A stretch of 63,783 nt of DNA, filler included, from Pirum gemmata (GCA_002812295.1; 12 parts of 12 records of this genome joined end to end with filler, not necessarily neighbours in it), one strand, 5' to 3'. Shown: positions 25,832 through 40,200, counted from the first letter of the whole stretch. Notes: generated by a model from the letters alone, not told the origin. Numbers and translations are program-made.

Positions 25832-26042
25832 CTTGGAATATATATACATAAATATAAATTAAAATAAATTAAAATAAATTAAAAAGAAAGATAAGTATGA
25901 ACACACACATAATAACTGAATGAATTAGGTATAAAAGAAACAGAATACATGTATATATAATAAATATAAATAATAAACAAACTTTTACTACTAAATATAA
26001 ATATAAATATCAATAAATAAATAAAAGAAATGTTAGGGTTGT

Positions 26043-26190
26043 AACCCTAACCCTAACCCTAACCCTAACCCTAACCCTAACCCTAACCCTAACCCTAACC
26101 CTAACCCTAACCCTAACCCTAACCCTAACCCTAACCCTAACCCTAACCCTAACCCTAACCCTAACCCTAACCCTAATCCTAACCCTAACC
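26043..26190. repeat. Interstitial (CCCTAA)n array
   Basis: About 24 near-perfect units flanked by unique sequence on both sides. Confidence 0.95.
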
Positions 26191-26937
26191 CAGATCTAGA
26201 CTCATAATGAATGAATGAATGAATAAGTGAAAGAAATAAAATAAATATAAAATAAATATTAATAATAAACAAATTTTTACTACTATATATATATAAATGA
26301 AGTAAAAGAAAAATATGAACACACACATAATTAATGGATTGCTAAGTAAAACAAAACAAAATAAATATCGATATAAAAAAAATATTAGGAAGGAATGAAC
26401 AAATGTTTACTACTAAGTAATAATAATAATAATAAGAAATAGTATAAAAGAAGAATAAAAACAAATACAAGCAATTAATTGCAAATATAATTCCTGTTAA
26501 AATATATATTGAAAATAACAATTATTTAGATTATAGTAGTAGTAATAGTAATTGTAATTGCAATAGTTATTATAATAATAACAGTAACAGTAACAGTAAT
26601 AGTAATAGTAACAGTAATAGTAACAGTAATAGCAATAGTAATAGTAATAGTNNNNNNNNNNNNNNNNNNNNNNNNNNNNNNNNNNNNNNNNNNNNTTAAT
26701 TAATTAANNNNNNNNNNNNNNNNNNNNNNNNNNNNNNNNNNNNNNNNNNNNAATAATAATATAGTTACAATTAAATATCAGATAAGGTGATGCTACTACT
26801 TTTGATAGTACTGGGTCTATCAAAAAAAGATAAAACAGTTCAAATAATATTTCTATCAATACCTTTCCTAGCATACCTTTCTTATCAGTATTATCAGTAT
26901 AGGTAGGGCTTGTTCAACCAGTACCCCCTCTGCATCA

Positions 26938-27090
26938 CCCCTAACCCTTATCCATACCTAACCCTAACCCTAATCTAACCCTAATCCTAACCCTAATGTT
27001 AAAACCCTAACCCTAATCCTAACCCTAACCCTAATCCTAACCCTAACCCTAACCCTAACCCTAACCCTGACCCTAACAGCTCCCTAACCT
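26938..27090. repeat. Degenerate (CCCTAA)n array
   Basis: Direct reading. Confidence 0.85.
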
Positions 27091-28589
27091 AATGATAGTC
27101 TAGCTAGACTAAAATTTACAATTAGCCCGTCGTCTTTTTTGAACAGTTCACATAATGTATAATACAACTATTTTTATTTCGATTTTTCGATTATTATTAT
27201 TTGACCCATTCAAAGTTTTTTTTGGCTTTTTTATATCATGATAAACAAAAGCTTTTAATTTAAAGTTAAATTTATTTTGCGTCTCTTTGTTTTTATTTTG
27301 ACCCTTTTTAATTTTTAACTTAAATTTTATCTTTTTAAAATCGGGTCGAAATCAGGTTTTTTTTTTTTGTTAGGGTTAGTTACTAAGGGAGTAGACCTGC
27401 TAGCTAGCTAGTAGCTAGCTAGTTAGGGTTAGGGTTTTCTGGGAGAAGCGAGAAAAACATCGAATCGAGACTAGTTCGAAATTTTCGAAATTTTTCGATC
27501 TAATTTTAAGTATTGGTTCACTTTTGATTTCATTTAATAATTATAAAAAAAGAATAGAAAAAACTTGAAACTCGAAAAAAAAAGAATATCATTTCAAAAT
27601 TGTCATTATATTTAATAATTAGGATCGATCTGTTTGATTCGATTATATTTTCTGGGATTCTATTGGGTTCTATGATACTCATACACATTTGTAAATAGTC
27701 TGCTCCATATCTTGACACAATGTAACATAATAATACATTGCGTAATAATTATTATAAAAACTTGTTCTTTATAAATTTTATTCTAAATACATTTTATTCT
27801 GAATTTGGAAATTGACATGGATGGATTTACCATCAGCCTCTTGGTGATGATTCTTCCCAGCTTTCTTAACACAGGGTGTACATTGGGGTAATAGTTGGTA
27901 TTAATAGTGTATTATACATGTGTTTCGAATAATTGGTATGGTTGGTATCTATGGGATTGTAGTGGAAATGGTAATGATTGATATCGTGGTGTTTGTGTTT
28001 GGTTTTAAATTTGTTGCTTTGTTCTATGTGATTGTTGTGGTTGTAGTTGTGGTTAATAAACGTTGTAGTTGTGTTCGTAGTGGTGTTCGTGGTGGTAGTG
28101 AAAATGACAAAGGTAATCATAATGATAGCGGTGGTGGTGGTGGTGGTGGTGATGGTAGTGGTGATGATGGTAATGGTGGTGGTGATGATAGCTTTGATGG
28201 TGGTGGTGATGGTGGTGGGGATGACGATGATTGTGATAGTGGTGATAGTGGTGGTGGTAGTGATGATGGTGGTGGTACTGATGATGGTGGTGGTAGTGTT
28301 GGTAATGCTAGCAGTGTTGGTAATGATGGTGATGATGGTGGTGGTCTTGGTCGTGGTAGTGGTTGCAAAATTATTGGGCTGCTTCATTATTGTCATTTCA
28401 CAGCCTTTTGTTTGTTAGATTATTGGTAGTTTGACGGTGCTGTGCATTGATGAACTGGAATATTTTCAAGTAGTGATGTCTTTGAATCTAGAAGGGTATT
28501 TTTGTCAACTAAGACATCTATATTGGTATTTTAAACTCTTTAATCGACATCTGGATTCACTTTTTTTTTTTTTTAGCAAAATAAAGGAT

Positions 28590-28656
<67 letters not shown>

Positions 28657-28777
28657 GAATTTATTAATATCATATTTAATAAAAATATTTATTACTTTTA
28701 GTTAAAATATTTATTTTGTATAATTATACTTTATTGTTATTATTTTCTTTACTACTACTGTTATTAAGAAAAAAAAA

Positions 28778-30969
28778 ATGATATCCCTTAGCGTAATATT
28801 TCCCTTTCTTTTCATTTTCTCTCAAGCAATTGCTTGCTATGGTTTGAGTGATTTATTAAATGAGTTCAAACTACTGAAAAGTATTTATGTATCACGCCAT
28901 TGCCCACGTTCAACAGTTGATTATCCAGCCCAAGTATGGCCTCCCGCTGGTTTTCCACTTTATGCTCAGAATTATACCTCAAACTTACTCTTTAGAGAAG
29001 AACAATGGGGTGTGCCAGCAGGTTCGTAACAAAGGGCCAGGGTTAGAGTTAGTTAGGGCCAGTAATATTAGGGTTAGGGTTAGGGTTAGGGTTAAGGGTA
29101 GAGTTGGGGTTGGGGTTAAGGTTAAGGTTAGGGTTAATACTCGTGTTATTAAAATATTTATTTTAATTAATAATCATAATCACCATCATAATCATCATAA
29201 CCATCATAATAATATTAATAATAATAGGAATAATAATAAAAATAATTCTAGTAATAAGTGTAAAATTAAATGCAAGAATAAGTGTAAAATTAATAAAAAT
29301 AAAACTGAAAATGAGAATAAAAAATCAGAATAGAATAAAAACTATATTAAAATTTTAAAGGCTTTTAGAAAAGAAGTCTAACAAAAATTTTACCCGGCTT
29401 GGCTGTTAATTAATTAATGGAACCAGATTTGGGTCTTTCGACCCTTGACCTATATATGAATATACCACAAAATCCCAGTTTTCACAATTACAATGGCATA
29501 TTCCAATATTATACATAATATGATTGATAAATTTGATTGATAAATTTGATTACATCATAATTTTACAAATAAGTTAGAGATTGTATAATTATTAATAATA
29601 TTGTAAATATAGTTTACTTTTATCGATAATTAATTTTTTTTTATATCATATATAAAAAAATCAAATATTATAGGTGCATGTACTGAGGTTGGAAAACTCT
29701 TCTCTAATAAGGTAGGTCAGTCCATGTCACACAGTATTAAAACACCTGTCCATTTTATTGTTGATGGTGAATCTTCTCGAGACAATACCACGGCTCAAGA
29801 AATGGCGAAGGGATTGAGAACAAAAGGGGTAAATTCAACTACAGAATGGAAATCCATTTTTGGTGATTCATGTCGGGTTCCTTTTAATAATGATAAAGCA
29901 GACCAATCTTTAAACTCTAGATTAGCAAGCTACCCCGTACCATGTAACATTGACGCTCTGCTTTCGGTTATACAAAAAGTAATTAATTATAAGTTATTAA
30001 TATCAATAATGTGTTTTGTTTTTGTTTTTTGGTTGTTTTATTCGCATTTTTGATTTATTTAGTATTGTACTAATTAATATTGCTTTAGATTAGAATATCA
30101 TCATCATCGTCGTCGTCACTATCTATTTTTTACAATCATTAACTAGCTCTTAAATTTATAGGTTTTGAAAATACCGTTTGGGCCTCAAGTCAATAACACT
30201 ATATTCAATATTTCTGCCCTACCTTATATATTATTATACTAATTAATATTGCTTTAGATTAGAATATCATCATCATCATCATCATCATCATCATCGACAC
30301 TATCTATTTTTTACAATTGTTAACTAACACTTAAATTTATAGGTTTTGAAAATACCGTTTGGGCCTCAAGTCAATAACACTGTATTCAATATTTCTGCAT
30401 TACCGAACGAAGTTAAAGAAGGTCTTTACTACGGTCAAATCGATGTGTCCGCGACATTTGTAGAAGACTTTTTAATGGAAAGGATGAGCAATTTAACCAA
30501 CACACAATGGTTTGATTTAACCGATCAAGAACTTCTCAATGTATTACAAATTAAAAATTATGATTACAATCTGGTTTACGGGACAGATTACACTGGTAAT
30601 CGCATGAACTCGAATCTATTGGACAATATCTTAAAGACGTTATTGAATAAGAAAACACGTGGTACTACCATATTTGTAGGACATGATACTAATTTGGTAG
30701 GGTTATATAATATGTTGGATTTAGAAGTACAGGATCCATATTATGGAGTAAACTCCTCAACACCTTTAGCGCGTTTAGGATTTCATTTGTATGAACACAA
30801 AACAACCAAGGTAAAATGGATTGAGGTTAGTCATAATAGTGTTGGGTTAGATGGCGAAGAAATGCCACGTAATTTAGTTACTATTAACGGAGAGCATCAG
30901 AATTTTATATTGTTACAAGATTTTTTAATAATGGCACGTTCAAGAATTGTGAACAGTTGTGTGTCCTAA
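28778..30969 (+). CDS. Secreted histidine acid phosphatase (branch 2; AppA phytase / Agp-like); exons 28778-29021, 29674-29978, 30343-30969
   Basis: Signal-peptide-like N-terminus; YVSRHCPRS (RHGxRxP position); WGVPAGACTEVG (cf. AppA WPVKLGWLTPRG); SSRDNTTA (cf. RTxxT); FVGHDTNL (HD motif, cf. AppA AGHDTNL). GT..AG introns with consistent phase. Confidence 0.85.
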
Positions 30970-31002
30970 ATAACTATTAGACTATAGCTATTCATATTTA
31001 TT

Positions 31003-31150
31003 GTTGTTTTGTCATCATAAAATATACAATAAATAGTACCATTTAATTGGGTATATTTTATAATCTAATTATTAATTTAAAAATATCAATTTAAGTATTA
31101 TAACCAAACAAAATAAATATTCAGAGTGACAAAATAAATGAAAAACACAA
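31003..31150 (+). mobile_element. MITE family A, eroded copy
   Basis: Family A internal sequence and right TIR. Confidence 0.75.
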
Positions 31151-31202
31151 TAATAGTACTAGTAGTAATATATTATTCTACCCTCTACTAAAGTTTTAAT
31201 TA

Positions 31203-31388
31203 TCGTGCTTTTCAGTTATTTTGTCGTCATAAAATATAAAATAAATAGTACCAAATTAATACATTATAAACCCATTTAAGTTAATTTGGTATATTTTATT
31301 ATCTATATATTTATTTAAAAGTTTCAATTTAAATTTTATAACACTCCAAATAAAATATTCAGAGTGACAAAATAAATGAAAAGCACTA
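31203..31388 (+). mobile_element. MITE family A copy
   Basis: TA|TCGTGCTTTTCA...TGAAAAGCACTA|TA. Confidence 0.88.
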
Positions 31389-32404
31389 TAAGTAGTTTTG
31401 TAATAAACTGTAGTATAGTTCGAATATTATATATTTTTTCGAGTTCTATATTTCTTGAGCCTCTGGGCATTTAGTACAAGTATTTTTCATTTTTAGAGGT
31501 GGAGTTACGTCATAATTTATTTTATTTTTTCGAACTATGCAATCGAATAATAATAATAAAATATGTCATAAGGTTCTTTTTTTGAAGTCCTTGAAAAAAC
31601 ACATTTCAGCTCACATTTCAGATAGAAAGGTGTCACGTGAGTTTAATTAATTATTTTTATTGTTACCCTTACTTAGTATTCTTAGTATCGATATCGATAT
31701 CATAATCATTTTATCATTATCATTTATCTTACCATTTATCATTATCATTATCGTTATCATTATCGTTATCATTATCATTATCATTATCATTATCATNNNN
31801 NNNNNNNNNNNNNNNNNNNNNNNNNNNNNNNNNNNNNNNNTTAATTAATTAANNNNNNNNNNNNNNNNNNNNNNNNNNNNNNNNNNNNNNNNNNNNTTGG
31901 GGGATTGGCCTTGGGGGTTGGCCTTGGGGGTTGGCCTTGGTCTTGGGAGTTGGCCTTGATCTTGGCCTTGGGGGTTGCCCTTGGGGGTTGCCCTTGGGGG
32001 TTGCCCTTGGGGGTTGCCCTTGCGGCTGGCCTTGTGGCTGGCCTTGGGGGTTGGGGTTGGGGGCTGGAATTAAGAGTTGGGGGCTGGGATTAAGAGTTGG
32101 GGGTTGGGTTACAGCTGGGGTTAAGAGCTGGCGTTAAGAGTCGGGGTTAAGAGTTGGCGTTGGGATTAGAGTTGGGGTTAAGGTTAGGCCTGGTTGGGGT
32201 TAGGACCAGGGTAAAGGTTAGGGTTAGGGTTAGGAATGGGAATGGGAATGAGAATGGGAATGGGGTTAAGGTCAGGGTAAGGGCTAGGATAAGGGTTTGA
32301 GTTAGGAATAGGAATAGGGTTAGCAATAAGGGTTGGTAATAAGGGTTAGGGTGTTAGGGCATGGGTTTGGGTTTGAGATCAGGTTTGGACTAGGGATAGG
32401 TTAC

Positions 32405-32532
32405 CTATATTTAGCTTTGGAAGACTCATCGTGCAAAAACGAAAAGGCATCTAAAAGAGCATCGATATTAAGATTGGAGTGAAGATCGATAACCTTTTGA
32501 CGCAGTTGATCGCGCCGTTCGATTTCACTCAT
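32405..32532 (-). CDS. First coding exon of a ROCK/MRCK/DMPK-family kinase (rest of the gene lies beyond the contig edge)
   Basis: ATG at 32532 gives MSEIERRDQLRQKVIDLHSNLNIDALLDAFSFLHDESSKAKY(R), then donor AG|GTAAC. Resembles the N-terminal capped helix bundle of MRCK (RLRQLEQ...LLDILICLYDEC) and ROCK (LLDGLDAL). Not in the ORF track because it is too short. Confidence 0.7.
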
Positions 32533-32886
32533 TGTGATTTATTCTAGTATTTTACTACATTCAACTATATATAATTTTCATTCCAAACAAAACTAATTAA
32601 TACTTTTGAGTCCAAAAAGAGGAAGAAGATGATAATGATAAATATATTAATAAATAAATAAAGAACCAATTTCTACTTTTTTATATAAAAAAAATATAAA
32701 ATAAAATAAAATAAAATATAAAATAAAAATAATAAACTTGTTGAAAAAACTACGAAAAACAAAGGATTCCAATTTCCAACTTTACTATAGCGTATAGACA
32801 GGCCTGTATAGACTAACATTATCAAACTAGTCTATGATATAAAATTTATAAAGAGAAAAAAAATGATACAAAAAAACAAAAAAAAA

Positions 32887-32949
<63 letters not shown>

Positions 32950-35029
32950 ATACTAATTAGACTCTCTTTTTTCTTATCAATTACCGTCAACGATTTTTAT
33001 CACATTGCCTGCCTTTTTTCACTTTTTTTTTTTACGAGAGGAGAGGAGATAATATAACTCGCTCGATTGTTTTTTATTTTATAATAAGGTTGGACCTGTT
33101 ATTTTAACAATATCATTAAACGAGCCTTAATCCAATCAAGTTCAAGTCTATATGACGTCATAAAAACTCTTAAATTAAGTCTTAACTTTCTGGCCACACT
33201 TTTTTTAAGTTGGCCCGATTTGCTTTGCCCATATTTTTTTTTGTTACAGACTATAGTCTACCTAGCTAGCTAAACCAGTCTAGCTAGTCTAGCTACTGAA
33301 TCCAGTTCAAAAAACTGAAATAAATGTACCAAATTATTTTTATGGTTAAACTATCGGACATGTTTTAATTAATTTGGTATTTTTTATTTAATATTACATT
33401 TTATAAACAAGTTCAATTATACGCTTAAAAAGTACCAAATTAAAGACTGGCTTCTAGCTAGCTAGCTAGAGACTAGGTAGTCATAATAATATATAGGAGA
33501 CTAGCTAGCTAGTTCCAAAACTAAATGGTTTAAATAGCGTTTGTTCGGGGGTCTGATTAGAATGTGTTGCCAACAATACACACACACTATTTAGAGCATT
33601 TCGCTTTTTACTTTTTTTATATTATATCATAGTCTACTAGCTAGTTTTCGCCGCGTGGACCCTAACTAACTTACCTGCTGAGAACCCTAACCCTAATAAT
33701 ACTAACGCTAACGCTAACCCTACTACTAGCTACTCTAGTAGTAGCTAGCTAGCTGGACCTAACTATATTAATATATAATTATAAATAACCGTAACACTAA
33801 CCGTAACTCTAACCCTAACAGTAAACTAGCTAGTAACTGGCCACCTTTGTTGTTTACTGCCGTAAAATCCGGTCCTAAACCAAAGTTCATAAGTATATTA
33901 TACTATAACTAGTACATTATAATATAATATAATAATTATATTATAATTGTAAAAATAGAACATCTGTATCTTTAGAAGCAGCAGTTTTTAGGGTTATTAT
34001 TAGGGTAAAAGTTAGGATTAGGGTTAGGTGTTTATTATTCATGAGCCCTAGTCTACACGTGCAGTATTAATGGTTTATTTGATTTATTATTATCATGATA
34101 CCGTGAATGATAATATTAAATCGATATAATATAATATATATATTATTAATACATTATATCAATAATATATATATCCAATTAACGTCTATATATATATAGT
34201 AAAAAAACACTCTTTTTCGCCATTCTAATTAATAATTATCGAAAAAAATGGCGAATTTTTGCCAACCCATTTTTACTGGTATCAGTTTGATTTTTTGAAT
34301 AAACAACATCGTTTTCAGCTAAAACATGACTGTTAACACTATTTGAAACGTGTAAGTCATGATATATATTACTAATATTGGAAGTCGTTCTCAAAGCGTA
34401 TGGTATAAAATTAAATTCACCGTTTGTACCAGTAATTACGTAAGTACCTTCTTCTACACTATGATTTTGACTAGATAAAGCGATATAATTTATATATACC
34501 AGTTGTTAATTCCATGGACTCTAATAAGAGTGGTATGGATTCGAAGTTCATTGATTACTATTCTAGTGATCCAGATCTCGACTCTTCCTCTCCGGGGTAC
34601 CTTTTCCTTCATTAAATTTTGTTTAATAGTCTGCTTCATTCTAATTAAGGTTTGTGAACGTGGTTTTATTTATTTATTTATATTATCATATATGTATTAT
34701 TATATATATACTCATATTAACGTCTATATAATATTATATATATTATCGTGAATAAACTATTATAAATAATTATTATTATATATAAACGTAATTATAACTC
34801 TCTACTAGTGACCGACCTTTTTGAGAGTACGGGTAGAATCAGTAAATCCTATGATTTCGTATGGTATTACTAAAAATAATCCAGTATTTATTAATTATAA
34901 TTAATATTATTAAATAAAAACAATATTACAGCGTCTTCAGTTCTCCTTAACCAGAACACTAACGCTAACTTTTCAAGTTTCTTCACTCTTACCCTTACTT
35001 TAACCTTAAAACCTTAACCTTAACACGCC

Positions 35030-35830
35030 TTAACCCTAACCCTAACCCTAACCCTAACCCTATCTCTTCACCCTAACCCTATCTCTTCACCTTACCCCTA
35101 CCCCTAACCCCAAACTCTTCCATCCTCTAGATATCTTCACCTCCCTAACTCTAACCCTTACTCTTCTCCCTAATTCTAAACCTAGCCCTAACCCTAACCC
35201 TATCTCTTCACCCTAACCCTAACCCTAACTCTTTACTCTTCCCTACCCCTTCCCCTAACTCTTCACTCTAACCCTAACTCTAACCCTAACTAATCAGTCT
35301 CTTCACTCGTACTCTACCACTACCCCTATCCCTAGCTCTTCAATCATCTTCACCTCCCTAACCCTAACCTTAACTCTTCTCTTTCCTCCTTAACCCTAAC
35401 CTTAACTCTTCTCTCTTCACCCTAACCCTAACCCAAACCCAAACCCTAGCCCTATAGCTAACCCTAATTATAACCCTTACCCTAACCTTATTAACGTTAT
35501 CCCTAACCCTAACCCTAACCCTAACCCTAACCCTAACCCTAACCCTAACCCTAACCCTAACCCTAACCCTAACCCTAACCCTAACCCTAACCCTAACCCT
35601 AACCCTANNNNNNNNNNNNNNNNNNNNNNNNNNNNNNNNNNNNNNNNNNNNNNNNNNNNNNNNNNNNNNNNNNNNNNNNNNNNNNNNNNNNNNNNNNNNN
35701 NNNNNNNNNNNNNNNNNNNNNNNNNNCCCTAACCCTAACCCTAACCCTAACCCTAACCCTAACCCTAACCCTAACCCTAACCCTAACCCCAACCCAGACC
35801 CTGACCCTAACGTCAACCCTAACCCTAACC
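35030..35830. repeat. Degenerate then perfect (CCCTAA)n array spanning an N gap
   Basis: Direct reading; includes CCCTATCTCTTCA variant units. Confidence 0.9.
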
Positions 35831-37233
35831 TTAATTAACTCTAACCTTTTAACCCTTAACCCTTCATTATCACCATGATTATCTATACATTATTATCAGT
35901 AATTAATATTATTATCATCATTTTAATTAACAAGCTTAATTAAGGGCACCAAAGTTACAACAAGGACTGGCCATGGCAAAAGGAAGAAAGGGAAAGGGGA
36001 AAGAAATTAGACAGGACCGGACCGAACATAACTCTTGCAAACAACAGTTAGTACTACTCATTCTCTTTTCAATTCTTCTTTTTCCTTATACTAGTCTTCT
36101 ATTAATTCTTCACATCGTCTCCACACCCTCAACAATTCTCGCATTACCACTTTATTAAAATATCCTTGTTTATTATCCATCATACAACTGAATTTTACAA
36201 TATTCAACGTCATAGTATATGGGCAATGATCCGTGTACCTAGACTTGATCTACTATGAAGTTGATTATTAAGACAACTATATATATAGTAATGACATAAT
36301 TAATCTTTATATAGTGTACTTATAATCATCATCGTAGGTTCCCTTCCCTTCCCTTCCCTCTCCCTTCCTTTATTCCAGAATCCAATCCAGAATTCAGATA
36401 CCCTTCTAAAACAACTCTTATCTGTTTTCCACAAATGAAAGTTATTTTTTATTTTTTTTTAAAAAATAAATTTAAAAAAATAAATTTTAATTTTTTTATT
36501 ATAAATAATTGGTAGAGCTAGCTAGCTAGCTAGCTAGCTAGACTAAGTATATCAGATCTGGATTCTGGAATACTGGAATTCTGATTATAGAGAGAAATAA
36601 AAATTATTTATTTATAATATTTAGCAGTAGAGATATTACCCAATCAAAAAATAAATTTAAAAAATAACTACAACAGGGCCGTTACTTAAAATAGAAAAAG
36701 GAAGGTTAAAATATGGTAGCTTAAATACCATAACGGTCACTTAAACTTTGTGCTTTTAAGAGGTGAAAGACATTGTTATATTGTTATCATCCTCCCCCTA
36801 ACTATAAAAAGCCCAGCCCTTGCCTCTACCCTAACGCTAACGCTAACGCTAACGCTAACGCTAACCCTAACGCTAACGCTAACCCTAACCTTAACCCTCT
36901 AACCCTAACCTTAACCCTCTAACCCTAACCCTAACCTAACCCTAACCCAGACTACCTAACCCCACTACTGGTGCAAGCCTTATTTTAATAATACCGATAA
37001 CAGTTATTTTGTCGTCATAAAATATACAATAAATAGTACCAAATTAACACAATATAAATCCATTTNNNNNNNNNNNNNNNNNNNNNNNNNNNNNNNNNNN
37101 NNNNNNNNNTTAATTAATTAANNNNNNNNNNNNNNNNNNNNNNNNNNNNNNNNNNNNNNNNNNNNTTATTATTATTATTATTATTATTCATATCTTACAT
37201 GTACTAAAAATAAACATAATAAATACATAATAG

Positions 37234-40200
37234 GTTGAAGATATGGCTGAATTAGCTTACTTGAACGAAGCTTCTGTTATGGAAAATATGAAACAACGTT
37301 ATCATTCAGGAATGATCTACACCTACTCTGGTTTGTTTTGTGTAGTAGTAAATCCATACAAGGGTATCCCAATCTACACTCCAGAAGTAATCGAGATGTA
37401 CCGTGGCAAACGTCGCCAAGAAGTACCACCACACATCTACAACATTGCTGATGAAGCTTACAGAAATATGTTGCACAACAAAGAAAATCAGTCTATTTTA
37501 GTTACTGGTGAGTCTGGAGCTGGTAAAACTGAAAACACAAAACGTGTAATTCAGTATATTGCTGTTATTGCTACTGGGGAATCTACTCAATCTGGAAAAT
37601 TGGAAGAGCAGTTATTACAGTGTAATCCTGTTCTTGAGGCATTTGGTAATGCTAAAACCAACAAAAATGACAATTCTTCCCGTTTTGGTAAATTTATTAA
37701 AATTGAATTTGACCGACCTGGTTACATTTGTGGTGGTAATATTGTAACTTACCTTTTGGAAAAATCACGTACTGTACGTCAAGGTCCTGGAGAAAGAAAT
37801 TTTCACATTTTCTACCAAATTTTGAAATCATTACCTGCTGATGTCAAATCTGTAAGTTTTTTTTTTATTAAATATTATTAATTATTATTATTATGAATTA
37901 TCATGAATTATCATGAATTATCATGGATCATTATTAAGTATTATTATTAATTATTATTAATTCTACAGGAACTTTTATTGGGTTCAATTGATGATGTAGG
38001 CTGGATTAGTGACAAAAAAGCTTCAAACGTTGCTTCAATGGACGATCAAAAAGAATTCGCAGATACTTGCGCCGCTATGGAAGTTATTGGTATTACTAAG
38101 GAAGAACAATCCGACGTTTGGAGAATTTTGGCCGGTATTATGAAAATGTCCCAAATGAAATTCACTCAAAATCGTCAAGATCAAGCACAAATGGCTGATG
38201 ATACTGCTGCAAATATGTTGTGTAAATTGTTTAGTTTACCTGCAGTGGAATTAACAAAAGCGATGTTAAAACCTCGCTTGAAAGTTGGTGCAGATTTTGT
38301 TATCAGAGCCCAACGTCAAGATCAAGTCGAATCTGCCATTGAAGCTATTAGTAAAGCCACTTACGAACGCTTGTTTAATTGGATCGTAAAGAAAGTAAAC
38401 GATGCTCTTGATACCAGACAAGCCCATAGTACTTTTATTGGTATTCTGGATATTGCAGGTTTTGAAATTTTCGAAACAAACAGTTTTGATCAGTTGTGTA
38501 TTAATTTTACTAATGAAAAATTGCAGCAATTCTTTAATCATCATATGTTTACTGTTGAACAAGAAGAGTACCGTCGTGAGGGTATCCAGTGGGATTTCAT
38601 TGACTTTGGTCTTGATTTAGAACCAACTATTCAATTAATTGAAGGTAACAAAGCTGCAAAAGTTTCTGGAGTTTTAGATTTATTGGATGATGCTTGTCAT
38701 TTACTTCCTCGTTCAAATGATAAATCTTTCGTACAAAAATTAGACAAAGAACAAACTGGACATGTTAAGTATATCACCATGTCTGGACCTAAGTCTGTGA
38801 AGAGTGATACTCCTTTGTTTAAAATTGTGCATTACGCAGGTACTGTTGAATACACCGTAGACAATTGGTTAATCAAGAATCAAGATCCATTGAATGATAA
38901 CATTACTGCTTTGTTTGCAAACTCTGCGTTTGGATTCTTGAAATCTTTGTATTCTGATGCCGGACAAGCTGCTAGTGGTGGTAGTTCTCGATCTCGTCGT
39001 GGAGCTATGCGTACTGTTGCCTTTAACTATAGGGATAGTTTGGGTTCTTTGATGAGAACTTTACATGAAACTTCACCTCACTTTGTGCGTTGTATTATTC
39101 CAAATCACGAAAAGAAACCTGGTGTTTTAGCTCTTCAAATTGTTTTGGATCAGGTTATTATTTATATTATTTAATTTATTTAATTTATTTAATTTATTTA
39201 ATATATTATTTTTATTGTTTATATTATTTTTTATATTATATTGCTTATATATTATTTATATTATTTATATTTATATATTATTTATGTTATTTATGTTATT
39301 TATATTATTTATTAATTATTATCAATTAATTATTGTTATTTAAACAAACAAAATAAATAAATAAATACAGTTACGATGCAACGGGGTATTAGAAGGTATC
39401 CGTATTTGTAGACAAGGTTTCCCCAACAGGGTCATTTTTGCAGAGTTCAAACAACGTTACGAAGTTCTTACTCCTGGTGCGATTCCGAAAGGTTTTATGG
39501 ACGGACGCAAAGCGTGTGAAATGATGTTGGAAGAATTAGGTAAGCAAATGGATTTGAAAGCAGATCAATACAGAATTGGTTCCTCGAAAATCTTCTTCAG
39601 AACTGGTGTACTAGGTCAACTTGAAGAGCTCCGTGACGAGAAACTATCACTTATTATCAAGAAAGTACAAGCTCATTGTTTGGGTTATTTGGCACGTCGT
39701 CAATACAACAGAATGACCAACTTCGAAGTGGCTGTGAAACGTATCCAAATGAATGTGCGTAAATTCTTAGTGTTGCGTAAATGGCCATGGTGGTATGTAT
39801 ATAACTCTGTTCGTGTTTTGATTCCAACTAAACAACAAGATGACATGAACAAGAAAGTGAAAGACCTCGAGAAAGATAAAGAAAGCCTTGAAGGAGCTAA
39901 TACTAAACTAACCGAAGAAAAGAAAGTATTAGAGGATGAAAAACATTCCATGAAGCAGCAAATTGACGGGTTAGAAGCAGATATCAATGCATGCAATGAG
40001 CAAATTGATAGACTCGCGCAAAAGAATGAGGAAACTATGAAAGAATTAGAGGATTTGGAAAATGACGTCAAAGAAGCCGATGAGCGTGCTAGTAAAGCTA
40101 ATAAGGATAGATTTGCTTTGGAGCAACAGTTGGAAGAAGTTCAAGATGAAATGAGTGCGGCAAAGAGCCAAGCAGCCTCCTTAACCAGCGAACGAGACTC

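Noticed and set aside
27866..28560. Gly/Asp-rich (+) or Pro/Ser/Thr-rich (-) ORFs as a real gene, or the in-frame TAA/TGA codons as evidence of an alternative genetic code
   Set aside because: Mostly (GGT/GAT)n repeat, with many stops in the flanking frames. Intact genes here end in TAA and have no internal stops, so the standard code holds; at most this is a decayed pseudogene.
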